This document shows, one piece after another, positions 12,854 through 37,467 of a DNA stretch of 64,000 nt; the first letter of the stretch is position 1, and each line of letters begins with the position of its first letter. A program made the position numbers and the translations under genes. Source of the stretch: Piromyces finnis finn (taxonomy: Eukaryota > Fungi > Neocallimastigomycota); assembly GCA_002104945.1 (NCBI GenBank), contig MCFH01000040.1, positions 62,001-126,000 of the forward strand, in the 5' to 3' direction. The notes under the pieces are model-generated. The model worked only from the letters and a program-made list of their open reading frames with translations. It had not been told where the DNA came from and searched no databases.

Positions 12854-15151
12854 ATGCCTAGATCATCGTTATCATCAACAAATCAAATTAATCTTGCTCA
12901 GTATTATACTGACTCAAAATCAAAACAATATTTTTTTGAACAAGTTATTCATTCAATAAAAAACAAAGGAAATGGGTCAAGTACACCAGGACCAATTTCT
13001 CCAATATTAAGTACTTCTGATTTATCAAAAATAAATTCCGAATTGGATTTTTTACTTAAGGTATCAAAAGACCGTATACGTGATTTCGAAGAACAATCAA
13101 GCAAATTACAAACTTGGTTAAATAATAAATTAAATGATAATAGTGGAACGATTCGTGATGAAAAATATACTAAATATTCATCATCTTCTTCTTCAAGATC
13201 AAAAGTAAAGGAAGAATCAAAAGTTAAATCAGAATATAAATCAAGTAAGATTATTTAATAAATTATTATATTATAATGTAATTTTTAATTTAATTGAAAC
13301 GACGAAATTACAACATAATTGTAACTATACATTTTTATTAATTAATATGAAACTGTGATAAATTTTATATATATAATTCATTAAAGATTCTTATGAACCG
13401 AAGTCAGATGCATCATATTATGATATAGAAAGTCCAGGTGACTTTAAGAAAAGAAAAAGAGACTCAGATGCAGAATCATTGACTGATTCCGAAAGAGGTT
13501 CTTATGTATGTTATAAAAAGAGTGAAGATGGTTCAATTCAAGTTGCCGTTACTCATAATGGAAAAATAAGGATAAAGAAAGGTGGTAATGCTTCACCTCC
13601 ACCACCATCACCAACACATTATAATTCAAAAGTATCATCCCAAGTTATATCATCATCTAATACATCATCTTCTGTTAATGGAAATTCATTACAAAATAAT
13701 CAAAATAATATACTAAGTATGTCCATCATTTTATTCAACAATATTAAAGTTAATATAGTTTATTTCATCTATTTAAATGATATAAATATTAATATTATTA
13801 TTGAATTTTTTCTTAATAGAAGATAATATAAGGAATGCAAATTCTAGAAATGGAACACCAAAGCCAAATCCAACAAAACCTTTAAAGAACTCAGTATTTA
13901 AAAAAGATAAAAAACAAAAGAAAAGTGATGTTGATGATACCAAACTTTCTTCTAGTGAATCACAATCTATTGTTGATGCAATGTTAACTGGTGATTACTC
14001 GAAAGTTAAACCTCAAAATCAAATACCTATAGCAACTTTCTATGCATATTGTGTCCAATTTTTAAGACCAATGACCGAAGATGATATTAAATTTTTACAA
14101 GAAGTATGAAGCATTTTTAAAAAATTATTTACAAAAATAAGAAATTAATATTCCTTTATCAATATTAAATTCTATTATTATTTTTATATATTAGAATGAA
14201 GATATTACACCATATATGGTTATACCACCTCTTGGAAAACATTATTTAGAATCATGGTCAGAGGAAGATAGTGATTATAAAAAGAAAATAACAAATTCAA
14301 ATTTAATTTCAGAGTCAGGTGAAATGGCAAATGAAATAAAACAAGAAGATGGAAATGAATTTACACCATTAATTGATAGAATATTTGGTTGCTTAATTGA
14401 AGAAGATATAGTAGATGTAAATACCATTGCACCAGATACACCAAATAAAGATGAACCCTATCTACAATTTGGAAAACATTGGCCAAAACCTGATATTCCT
14501 ATTATAGAAGATCGAATTAAGCAAGAACTCTATGATTTAGGAATTTTGGATGATGAAAAGGTAAATAAATAAATATATTTTTATATAAATTATATTCTTC
14601 AATACATTTATATTTATTCATTCCTTTATTAATTAAAAATACAATACAATTAATTATTGGAATATTATTTAATTACTTTAGATTGACTGGGAAGCTCAAG
14701 AAGATAACGAGATTTGTTCAAAAATACGCGAATTACAAAAAGAATTAAGAGAACAAGTTGCAGTAAATGAAAAAAGAAAAAAGAAACTATTAAAGATTTC
14801 ACAAGATTGGATCGCTTATCAACAATTTAATGAAGTATTGGAAGACCAAGAAAGACAAATTGAATCAGCATATACCAAACGCTTGGTAAACTATTCATAT
14901 TTATTATTTTATTTAAGAAAAATTATTATATATTATTATGTATGGTATTTTAACACTTTTTTTTTTTTTTTAACTTATTTTAGAAATTATCAAAAAAGAA
15001 AAAGAGATCTTTACATAAACCAATATCTGAAAATGTATTATCGTTAATTCAAAAACGTAAAAGTATTATAAAAGATATTACAACATTATTCCCTCCCGAG
15101 AAATTTTCTTTAGAATCATTATCAAAAGCATATAAAGAAGAAGAATCATAA
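12854..15151 (+). CDS. NGG1: SAGA/ADA histone acetyltransferase subunit Ada3 (TADA3/NGG1)
   Basis: Six exons (approx. 12854-13244, 13387-13716, 13820-14103, 14195-14560, 14682-14885, 14984-15151). Ada3 motifs KVKPQNQIPIATFYAY..FLRPMTEDDIKFL, IPPLGKHY..W and EDNEICSKIRELQKEL. Confidence 0.88.
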
Positions 15152-15665
15152 ATATAATATAAATTTATAAATTTTTATTTTTTATTTTCTAAACTTTTTT
15201 TTTATTTTTATTTTTTTAATTAATTTTTTTTAAAAAAAAAATCGATCCACATCCATCTATACATAATATACTATAATATAATAAATATTTTACTTTTTTT
15301 TTTTTCTTTTGTTTTTATAAAAATATTTTTTAATTTGTAATAATAAATTTAAGATTTTTTTTTTCTTTAATTTTTAATATTAACAAAAGTTTTGTTAATA
15401 CACTGAAATATTAAATTTTACATTTATATTTAAAAAATATAAATTGTTATTTAATATTTTAATTTATATACCAGTTTCCATATAAAATATTAGTTTTATT
15501 TATTTATTTAAATAAAATAAGTTTATAAAAAAATAAAATATTCTTACATAATATATATAATTCTAAAAAAAAAAAAAGAAAGAAAGAAAGAAAAAAAAAT
15601 TATAATAAAGCCATTGAAAGAAAAAAAAAAAAAAACTTTTAATTACATTTTATATTTTTCATTAC

Positions 15666-15713
<48 letters not shown>

Positions 15714-16519
15714 ACTAGAATTATTATGATTCTCTTAAGAAAAAAAATATAATTATAAACTATAAAACTCTATCTGAAAATATCAATTTTTGATGTAATT
15801 ATAGTCCGATAAATATTATAATAATAAAGATAATTGGTGTTCGAAAGTTGGAAACTAATAATAATACTTTACTTGCAGTTTACATTTCATATCCATTATG
15901 TATTATGAGAAACATTTAACTTATAAGTATTAAGCCTTTTTTTGATTGCATAAATATTTGACATTAAATATTATTAATTGAATTATACATAAAGATGTTT
16001 AAAAATACAATTATTAACTTTGAAAAAAGAACATCAATTTATTGTTATATAAACTTTATAATTTGAAATTCAATATGATATCAATGTGGAATGTGTAATA
16101 CTAATAAAGGGTTAAAAATTTTTCAAGTAAAATCGGTAATGAATCATTTAAAATTAGAGTGAGTATTGTGGATACTATTGTGTTGCTCATATTTTTTTTT
16201 TATTATTAATTAAGAAGGGAATTTCATTTAATACATTTTTCAAAGTTTTACTGATAGATTAATTAAATTTTATTAATTTTTTTTAAAAAAAAAATTTATG
16301 GGTAGTATTCTTTTTGGTAATATTTTTAATTAATTTTTATTTAACTTAATTTTTATGGAAAGTTTTATCAATTATTTTTTTTTAAAAAATAATTGAAAGA
16401 AAGAAATGAAATAAATTAAACAAATTTTAAAGTATAATACAAATAATAATAATAATAAAAGTATATAAAATAAAAAAAAGAAAAGAAAGAAAAAAGAAAA
16501 ACATTATCGAAACAAAATA

Positions 16520-19290
16520 ATGAATAATTTAATACAATATCTTGAAAACATAATTAAAGAATTATTAATAATATTAATAATTCTCATTATTACCTTAATT
16601 ATAGGTATTATTGTACTTGTTATATTGGTTCCTACAAAAAGAGAAGAAATTAAAAAATTAATAGAAAAAAGTGATGATAATTTTGTTATTCGTTCAAATA
16701 AAGATGGAACGTCCAAATTAGTATTTAAAATTTTAAATAAGCAATTTTCTATTAAAGTACCCAATAGAGATGCTAAAATAAAAGAATTAATAAAGAAAAA
16801 TGAGAAAATTAAAGTTGCATTCTTCCATCCATTCTGGTAATAACTTATATAATTTTGATATAGCAGTAGCAAATTTATATAAATATATAATTAATTTTAT
16901 TATTAATTTTATTATGTTTCATATTATTCAATATCAATTCATTACTCAAATGAATTTTTAACATGTAGTTATTCTGGTGGAGGTGGTGAAAGAGTCTTAT
17001 GGGTTGCAATAGATACAATATTAAGAAAATATAAAAATTTCCATGTTTCAATTTATATGAAAGAAACAGATTTATCAAAAAAAGAAATTCTCGAAAAAAT
17101 TAAAGTAATATAAATCAACTATTGAATTTATAATTAGTCAATATATCAATTTATTGAATTTCTTTCTTTTTTTTTTTTTTTATTATTATTTATATATCAA
17201 AATATTGTATATTTATATATTATAATATACATTATGATATTATATTTATATTTGCTTATCATGATAATGATAATTTATTTATTATTTAGAATCAATTTAA
17301 TTTAACAATTCCAGAAAATGAAATAAATTTTATTCAATTAAAAACTTGGAAATTAACAGTAGCAGAAACGTAATTTGAATTTTAATACTTTTATATAAAT
17401 ACAATTTCCTTATATATACTATTTAAATATAAATATTCAATAAATCATATTGATAAATATTTATATTCCAATATTTTAATTTAAAAATTTCATTTTAATA
17501 AAAATAATATATGTTACATAGTTATCCTGTTGTAAGATTACTATTCCAAAATATCTTCTCCATAATTACTGGTTTAGAAGGTCTTTTAAAATATAAACCT
17601 GATATTTTTATTGGTAAATATTTATTATTCAATGTAAATATGCTATTTAATTCGAGAACTACATTATATTCATTCAATAATTTCGTCTAATAAATGTAGA
17701 AACTGTTGGATTTGGATTTTTAAATCCAATTGCAAAAATCTTCTTTAGATGTCATGTTGTTTCATATGTTCATTATCCAACCATTAGGTAATTATAAATA
17801 TTGTTTAATTTTTAATATCAAACTATATGATTATGTAATTATTAATTTTTTTTTATTATTTATATAATAACAATGCTATTTTTTTTATAGTCAGGACATG
17901 ATAGAAAGAGTAGTTAATAGAGTAGAAGATGTTACTAATTCTCAAACAATTACTTCAAATTCGTTTTTATCAAATCTTAAATTTATGTAATAATAATATA
18001 ATCTTAATCTATATGTATTTATTATAATCTATTAAGCATCAAAAATCTTTAATTAAAATTAAAAATACATTATTACAGTTATTACTTAATTATGTTAAGA
18101 CTTTATAGTGAAGTTGGTGTTTACACAGATGCAGTCATGGTAAATATTTATAGAGATAAAATTTTATCAGTATTTTTATTACTTCATATAAACTGTTTTT
18201 AAATACCTCTCATAACTATAATTATGTAGCAGTTATAGAGTTAATATAATAAAAAATAATAATAAAAAAAGATTATTAATAAAAAACATTATCATATAAT
18301 AATGATTTTAGACCAATTCTTCATGGACTAATAACCACATTTTAAAATTGTGGAAAGTACCAGAAAAAACTACTATTGTTTATCCACCATGTGATTCCTC
18401 ATATTTATCTTCCTTTGACATCACAAGTAAAAGAGAAAGACAAATTATATCTATTGCCCAATTTAGGTGAGTATAAAGTAAAGTTAGAATAATCAATTTA
18501 TTTTCAAATTTAATATATTGATAAAAACATTATTATTAGACCAGAAAAAGCTCATCATATACAGATTGAAGCATATGCAAAGTTACTTGAAAAGCATCCA
18601 GAATATAGAAGTGATCCTTCAAAAATCGCAAAATTAGTAGTAATTGGTGGTTGTAGAAATGAAAATGATGAAAAAATTGTTGAAAATTTAAAATCTTTAG
18701 TCAAAAAATATAATTTAGATGTATGCTGAAAGTTTATCTATATATTATTATGTTGCGTAAATTAATGAAGTATATAATTATTTATTGGATCTATAAATAA
18801 AATCATTTCATTTATTTAGGGCTTTGTTTCTATTTTAACCAATCTACCATATAAAGATCTTTGTGAATATTTAAAGACTTCACTTATTGGAATACATACA
18901 ATGAAAGATGAACATTTTGGAATTAGTAATATTGAATTTATGGTAATTTGATGCTAATAAAAATTTTTATCTACACAGTATATTTTATTCTAAAAAAATA
19001 TATTAATTTTCTATGGAAAATTTTTTAAATAGGCATCTGGTTTAATTATTCTAGCCAATAAATCAGCTGGTCCATTATTAGATATTGTTGTACCAGATGA
19101 AAATGGTAATAAAACCGGATTTTTAGCTAGTACAGTTGAAGAGTATGCAGATTGTTTATTCGAGATTTTAGAAATGAATGAAGAAGAAGTAATAAAATTA
19201 AGAACTTGTGCAAGAAATCATGTTCAAAAGAAATTCTCAATTGAAAAATTTGAACAAGATTTTTTGGATGCTTTATTAAAAGGGTTATAG
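16520..19290 (+). CDS. ALG11: GDP-Man:Man3GlcNAc2-PP-dolichol alpha-1,2-mannosyltransferase (GT4)
   Basis: Multi-exon. N-terminal TM anchor, AFFHPFCYSGGGGERVLW, HYPTIS, NSSWT, IAQFRPEK, HTMKDEHFGI, SAGPLLDIV; stop TAG 19288-19290. Confidence 0.95.
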
Positions 19291-19326
19291 TTAGAAGAAA
19301 GGGAAGATTTTAAAATTAAATTAAAA

Positions 19327-19359
<33 letters not shown>

Positions 19360-19978
19360 AATTAATTAATTAATTAATTTAACAAATAAGTAAATAAATA
19401 AATAAACAACTAAATAAACTTCAATAATTATTAATTAGTTGGTAATTAGAATTTGTACACATCTTGTCTCCATTAATAAATCTTTAAACTATATTATATA
19501 TAAATTTATCTTGAAATAGGAATTAATGTTAAACTTGAAAATTTTTTTATCCTATTTTTTTAAATATAAAATCTATTTCTATTTATATATTTATAGTATG
19601 AAAGTATATCACTAAATAATCAAAAGTATAGATAATTAATTATAATTTATGAGTATTATAAAATTAATTACTATATTGAAAGTGCTTTAAAAAAGAAATT
19701 TTACGATTATTATTAATATTATTATTATTATTATTATATTAAATTATTGCTTTTACTTTTTTATTAATAGTATGATAGTTTAAATAAAACAAATTACTTT
19801 TATAGAACACTAATTTTACTAATACTATTTGATGAACTATAGTATTGATTTATTAGAAAAAAGAAGTTAAAATTATATATTTATTATTAGTATATATTTT
19901 ATAAGATGAAAATGTAATTTATAATAATTATATAATATATATATTCCTTTTTATAAATATCTCATAGAATAATATAAA

Positions 19979-29896
<9,918 letters not shown>

Positions 29897-30019
29897 TTAA
29901 TGTAATTTAAAATAATAAATAATATTATAAATCATTATAAATAATAATTATCAAAGGAAATATGATATATGATATATTTTATAATATATCATTTTTATTA
30001 TGTAAAGTTTATTATATTT

Positions 30020-30055
<36 letters not shown>

Positions 30056-30470
30056 ATTTTATATGCAATTATTTTAATTAATAATATTCATTAAAAATCA
30101 AGTATTTTAATTAGTTTTTATTTGATATAAATTTCTATTAAAAAAAAAAAAAAAAGTAGTTATTTATAAAGCTTTTATTTTATTTTAATAATACTGAATA
30201 TGAATTTTTTTATTAATGAATAAGAAGTACTATTGGTTATAAGGATATAATTACTGCGCACTTTGGAGCTTATTCTCTTATTGAACATATTATAATATGA
30301 TAAAGATTTAAAACATTTGTTTTAATTCATTTAAATAATAATTTAAAAAGCATTTTTATTTGAAACTTAAAAAAAAAAAAAAAAAAGATAAGAATTTAAC
30401 TTAATATTAGCAAAATAAAATAAAATAAAATAGATAAAAATAAGATATAAAATATATATTCATTCATATT

Positions 30471-32724
30471 ATGAGTAATAATAAACAAAACAGTTTTGTA
30501 AATTTTTATTGTCAAGAATGTCGAAAACCAATTAAACCAGAACCTTCATTGCTCGAAGGAAATTCAGAAAGATTATTAGGTATATAATTATAAATAATCT
30601 CAAAAAATAAAATAAATGATGATAATGAAAATAATAGTAATAATTAATTTATGAAAGTTAACATTTAATGAATAAAATAACATTATTTTGAAATAAAAAT
30701 ATTAAATTTGCAATCAATTTAATAATAAAAAAAAACTTTATATATATGTATTATTATTGAACCTTCATTAAATTCAAGCTTTATTATCAGATAAATCAGT
30801 GGATGAAAATAATATAAAAGGATATAAACCAAATATAAGTATAAACAATCCTATTCATAATCCAAGATTAACATTAATTGAAAAACCAACTGATTCATTT
30901 GTTGTTTTATCAACTACTTCAGGAAGTTATAATTCTAATCCTACAATAAATAATGAAATAGCACATAGATCTTCCTTAAATTATCGTTTAAAAATTGTTA
31001 ATAATATATTTGATATTATATCAGGAAAAAATGATATAGACCATCCTTTATGTAATGATTGTGCAAAAATTTTGTATGAAAAATTAAAACAGCAATTGGA
31101 AAAAATCAAAAAAGAAAATGTATTTTATCAATCATATTACAATCAATTCATATCAGATATTGAAAATAATGATGAAGAAAATAGTATGGAAAGAGATATT
31201 GTTTCGGAAGAAGAACAAATAAAAAATGTAATTGGTCACCGTCTATTTAAATACATTTTATTTTTGTTATATATATATATTTAATGCACATAATATATAG
31301 TTATTAATTATTTAAAAAAATTTATAAAGTTGAAAATAAAACAAAAAACAGATTTTGAAACCCTTGAGATAATGGAAACTCAATTAAAAGAATTAGAATC
31401 AGAATATATTAAATTAGAACAGGAATCTAAAGAATTAAATGATTTAGAAAAGGAGTACTTATAATTTATTTTACATCTAATAAAGTATATATATAATAAA
31501 AATAGAATAAAAAATATATATTAATACTATTCTTTAAACAATTAATATAAAGGATATGGAAAAAAGCAAATTTAATACAGCTTAAAATGGATGAGTATAA
31601 TGATTATAAAGATAGTGTAGAAATTAGATTAAATCAAATGTCTGATAAATTTGAAAGACTAAGAAAGGCAAATGGTTATAATGATACTTTTAGGTAGATA
31701 CTATAATATTATTAATGTTAATTTAAATATATAAAATAGCTATAATAATTTATATTATTTTTTTTTAAAATTATAGAATTGAATACGACGGAGTATTTGG
31801 TACCATAAATGGTAAAATATCCTTTTAAATAATTTCTAAAATAATAATAATTACTATTGTTATTAAATTAATAATTTTTTTTTTCTTTTTAATTCATCAA
31901 TATTAAGGTTTTAGACTTGGAAGACTTCCTTCCTATCAGGTATATATTAAATAAATTTCAGAATGTATTTTCCATCTTATACAAACTAATTTTTTAATTT
32001 ATATAGATTGATTTGTGTGAAATAAATGCAGCTTTTGGACAAACACTATTATTATTATATAGTTTGGCAAAAAAAGCAGATTTTCAATTTAAAAAGTATA
32101 TATATTAATATATATTTTAATTTTTTTTTTTTTTTAATTTTAATTATTATTATTGTATTTTATTATTTAGTTATCGTCTTATTCCAAACGGTAGTTTCTC
32201 CAGAATAGAAAAAACTGATGATAATTCTTGTTATGACTTGTAATATTTAAAATATTATTGTTATTTTATGTTATTTAAAATTCATTTTTAATTGTATTAT
32301 TTGTTTATTTTTATTTTGACTAATTTCTAGTTATATCAAAGAAAATATTATAACCATTGGAAGATTCTTTAAAACTTGGAGAATTGATAAAGCATTAATT
32401 GCATTTTTACAATGCTTAAAACAATTTTGTGAATTTTTAGAAAATAATAATAATTCAGATAAAGTGTTTCCATATAGGTATATAAATTTTTTTATCTTAT
32501 ATTTTTTTTCTATATGTTTATTTAAAATTAAAATAGATGTTTATATATTAATTAAAATTCAACATTATTACATATTTAGAATTGAACAAGATAAAATTGG
32601 TGATGCATCTGTAAAATCAAAAGAAGATGAAATATGGACAAAAGCTTTGAAGTATATATTAATAGACCTTAGATACATTGCAATTCATGTTACATCTAAT
32701 AAATTTATTAAGTCTAAGAAATAA
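30471..32724 (+). CDS. ATG6: Beclin-1 / Atg6 / Vps30 subunit of the PI3K-III complex
   Basis: Multi-exon. N-terminal FYCQECRKP, DHPLCNDCAKIL, coiled coil, FGTINGFRLGRL, EINAAFGQ, FPYRIEQDKIG, WTKALKYIL. Confidence 0.95.
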
Positions 32725-33074
32725 TGATAGAAAAAAAAAAAAAAAAAACTTTTACTTGACTATAATAACTTAATTATATTTTTTTAAAGTTTTAAATAAA
32801 AAATTTTAAAAGTATAAAAATTGTATAAATTTGTATATATATAAATTATTATCAACCAATCATGATTTAGATATAATTAAATCAACTTTAAATGTTTTTT
32901 TTTAATAAATATTTAAATTTCATATTAAAAGTTAAAAAAAAAAAAAAAAGAGAGAGAAATTGATTCTTTTATATATTTATTTATCACATTAAAATATCTT
33001 AATATAAAAAAAAAATAATTAAAGACTATTAATAAAAAGTAATAATATTAAAATCTTTAAATAAAATATAAAAC

Positions 33075-34309
33075 ATGGTTGATTCGAAAATTAATGAAAA
33101 TAAAAATGAAATTCAAAAAAGAAAAAATGTTGATGAGGATAAAGAAGAAATTGAAGCTAAAAAATTAAAATCTTTGAACGAAGAAACTAATGAAAAAGAA
33201 AAATCCACTAATAATGATAATGATGAAAATAAAAGAGAAAAACGACCATTTGAAAATTTAGAAATTGATGATTATGAACCATTATTTAATTCTAAAAGAG
33301 AACTTTGTAAAAAATGTGATAAGACATTTAAGAATTATTGTTATAATTGTTTAGAAGTTTTTGATAGCGTAAAGAAATATATACCCAAGGTTAAATTACC
33401 ATTACCTTTAGATATGTAAGCTATTTTAAATAAATTTATAAATAAAAAAATAATTTAAAAAAAAATATCAAAATATTCATATTTTAATAATTTAATTGAA
33501 ATTATAATTTTAAACAGTTTGAAACATAGTCTTGAATTAAATTCAAAAAGGTAATTTTTAATTTATATCTATTTTTGAATAAAGTATTTTTTTTAACTTA
33601 TATATATATTTAAATAAACAGTACAGCTTTACACTCCAAATTAATTGCACCTGATGATGTAAACATATATACAAGTGAAAAAATGCCAAAATATGAAAAT
33701 CCTGAACGTGTTTTATTATTATTCCCCGGTGATGTAAATTTCAGTTTTTTATTTTATTTTTTTTTTGTTTGTTTGTTTCTAATTTAGTTATTTATAATAT
33801 ATTCATATAATTGTTTTTACCTAGGATTAAATATTAAATATATTATATAAAATTTATATACATTATATATTTTATAAATTATAACAATAATAAATTACAA
33901 TATATTTTAATAAAAGGATGCAATTCCTGTTTCTGAAGTTGACCCAAAAAAATATGACCGTGTTTTAGTTATTGATGGTACATGGTATCAAGCAAAAATT
34001 TTAATCCGTGAACCATTTTTACAAAAATTACAAAAGGTAACTTTCACTCAACCACATACAACTGAATTTTGGCGTTTCCAAAATTTAGGTGATGAACATT
34101 TGGCAACTATTGAAGCCATATACTATTTTTATCAAGAATATGAAAAATATTGTTTGAAAGCTAATGAAAAATTGGTAAAATCAATGGATAACTTATTGTA
34201 CTTTTATGCCTTTCAATGGGAAGTTATTCAAAGACATTATAAAAGTGGAAAATCCAAGAAAGGGATATCTAAAAGATTACATAATCATGAAACATATATA
34301 AGAAAATAA
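33075..34309 (+). CDS. DTWD1: DTW-domain tRNA-uridine aminocarboxypropyltransferase 1
   Basis: Four exons. RELCKKC...YCYNC, KSTALH, VLLLFP, VIDGTWYQAK, TEFWRFQ, LATIEAIYYF, DNLLYFY. Confidence 0.92.
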
Positions 34310-34654
34310 TATACATATATGAAAATAGAAGTTTTAAGAAAAAGAATAAAATACTAAATTAGAACAATATATATGAAAGATTTAGTACAATAAATAAGAA
34401 ATGAAATAAAAATAGCATGAAATAAGGTTAAACTTTTTTTTTCTATTATTTAATTTTATTGTTATATTATTTTATTTTAATAATTTAAATATATAAACAT
34501 AAATATACTTGTTTAATAAATTAAGCTTATGCGATTAAAAATACTAAAAAAATAGTATTATTATTAGTATTTAATAAATATATTTTGATGTTTTATTTGA
34601 TATAATGTAATAAAAATTTTATTTTTATTATTATTTTTATTAAAAAAAGTAATA

Positions 34655-35742
34655 TTAATTATGTGTAGAATCTTCATTAAAAATAACAAAAATGAAAAAT
34701 GGCCACATCCCTAATCCATTCTTAATTTGTTTTTCTTCTGTAGTTTCTCTAACAAAAACTTGGTCAAACAAATCTATATATTTATAATCAGATGGTAACA
34801 ACGCTACATAAGTGTTACCTTCTTTGTATAAAAGAAATGCATCACTATCTTTAAAGTTTTCATTAAATTTTTTAAGATTATCAAAATCATCTTTCATCTT
34901 TTGTGTATAATCTCCATCATCATTAATACAACCAATGCATAATGACCAAGATGGATCATTAATTCGACCAAGTCTGTCTGATAATTGATCAAAGAATTCG
35001 TCTTGCCTTTTCATTTTTCTGAACTTTATTGAATCGTTTTTTTCAAAAATTTTATTTGGTTTATCTTTATCCCCATCTATATAATATATTAGCATATTTA
35101 ATCCAACGTGTTTATAAACTATTTCAGTTGAAAATTTAATCTTTTTATTTTTAAGAGCATATTTAATTCTATTAACAGGTTTTCGTTCATTCAAAACTAT
35201 CGATTTATTTTGATCTTCTTTTTTTATATCAACTTTTTTTTCTTCTTTAATATTTTCCTTAATATTTTCTTTAACATCTACTTTAATATTTTCTTTAGAA
35301 TCTCCTTTAGTATCTTTTTTGATATCATCGTTTTTATAACTACTTGTTGAGTTATTATTATCATTATTAATTTCTTCCTTTTTAACATCTGAAGCAATAC
35401 TTCCTGAATCACCCCAAAAAGCATGTGAAGCCTTATATCTTTTCTTATTTCCTTTCCTAGGTCTTGATTCGAATGGCTCTTCTTTTGTATTATCAACAGT
35501 TTTAACCTTCTTTAATGAAGTATCTTCTTTAACATCATTAGCCCTTTTTTTATTATTTTCTTCTATCTTATTATCTATAGGAATAATAAATAATAATAAA
35601 AATAAAAAAGCATTTATAAATTTAATTAAAGGTAACAAATAATATCAATAATAATTATGTAAAATTATAGTAGTAATGATAATAATAAATTTAATAAAAG
35701 GTAATAAAATAAAAAAGAAATAGAAAATAAAAATAAGAAATA

Positions 35743-35834
<92 letters not shown>

Positions 35835-36663
35835 CTTCTTTCAAGCCTATTTTATAATCATTTAAAAATGGAATTGAAAATTCTACTTTAATGTCTTTAG
35901 AATCATATAACGAATTATCTGAAAGGTTTTTCTTTAATTCTATTGAGCTATTAATTTCTCTAAAATCTACATATAAGCAATTTTTTTCTTCATAAATTTC
36001 CAATATTTTTATTTCACCAAATTTGCTTATTCCAATAATCAAATTATTAATATCAATTGCATCAAAATTAATATTACTAATACAAAGACAAGAAGATATT
36101 ATTGGTGAAGAATATTTAATTTCTACTTTTCGATTTTCAATCTTACCACGATTCATTTTTCTTTTGGTTTTTTTAGCAACAGCAGCATTACAATAGTAAG
36201 CATAGGCTGTAACTGTTTCATATTGTGTATGTACAATGTCTAAATGTATAATTTTTCCAAATCTTTCAAACATACCTTTTATATTCTCTTCACCTACTTC
36301 CTTTGGTATATTGGTAATTTCCAAAATATTACTATTATTTTCTTCATTTACAATTGTGTATTCACATTTAGGCATAATTAGTTGGATAGTTTTTTCTTTA
36401 TCGACAAATAAATATGAACCTAAAAAAGGGACAAGATTTAAAGAGAATCTTAAATTATTTGTTGAATTTTCATTATCAAATCTTACTATTGCATAGCTTT
36501 TGTTTTTATCTGATTCATCTTTGTAAATAAGTTGAATTACATTTCCGAAATGTCTTAAAAATTCATATAATTTATTATGTAATTCTTTTATTTCAACATT
36601 TGTTGGAAAATTTGTTAATACAATTGATTGATTCTTATTTTTATTTTGAAATCCTATGTTCAT
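34655..36663 (-). CDS. Three RRMs plus a C-terminal SPOC-like domain (SPEN/RBM15/FPA-like RNA-binding protein); 5' end uncertain
   Basis: Exons 36663-35835 and 35574-34655 join in frame (EG|D). RRMs: SIVLTNFP..KSYAIVRF; ILEITNIP..MFERFGKI; CLCISNI..KFGEI..LYVDF. The ATG at 36663 is directly preceded by AG, so upstream exons are possible (candidates: 17-nt exon 36749-36733 and ATG exon 37071-37050). SPOC call is by eye against recalled RBM15 sequence. Confidence 0.75.
35743..35832. repeat. (AAT)30 microsatellite directly after the GT donor of the RRM gene intron
   Basis: Read directly; it causes the false poly-Ile tail in the ORF track. Confidence 0.95.
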
Positions 36664-37467
36664 CTATTATATATTAAATATCAATTATTCTATTTTGACT
36701 TTACTATTTATAATATTATTAATGGATTATACCTTTATTTCATTAATGTCTAATTAAAAATAGTATAAAAGAAAAAGATTTAATTGTAATAATGAGAAGC
36801 ACTTTTAAAATTTTTCGATCTTTACCAATAATTTAAGTGGTTTATATAATTTTTTATATTTTAAAGTTGAAATAAATTAATGTAACAGAAATGTACAAAA
36901 GTTGATACAAACTAGTTATACGTAGAAAGAAAAATTAATTTTAATTATACTTTTCATTTTGTAGCTTATACTATTAAAACAAGAAGTCTTTTTTTCTTTT
37001 AATACTAATAGATTGTTGACTCAAATAACTAGTTATTCCACTATAATACTAGAATTAAATGTATCATTCATTTATATCATTATTTTCTTTCATTTAAGTT
37101 ATTTTACGCTCTCATTTACATTGTAGAAATAATTAGTATCAAAATATATATAAGAAAAACTTGTTAATATATATTTATATTAAAAAATTAAATAATAAAA
37201 AATTAAACTTTTATTATTTTTCTTTTTTTTTTTATACAAAAATAAAAAAAAAAAATCCCTAAAAATAAAGTAGGATATTAATAATAAAATATTAATATGA
37301 AATAGTTATTATGTTCTAATAATAAAAAAAAATAATATTTACTTATTTATACATACTTTTAATTATTTATCTTTTATATATATATATATATCGTACAAAA
37401 GAATTACATAATAAGAAAAATGATAATAGTTTTATAAAAAAAATTATTCAATTAAAATAATGTAACC

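Noticed and set aside
35665-35834. Poly-Ile hydrophobic tail on the RRM ORF as a membrane anchor
   Set aside because: It is intron sequence after the GT donor at 35834.
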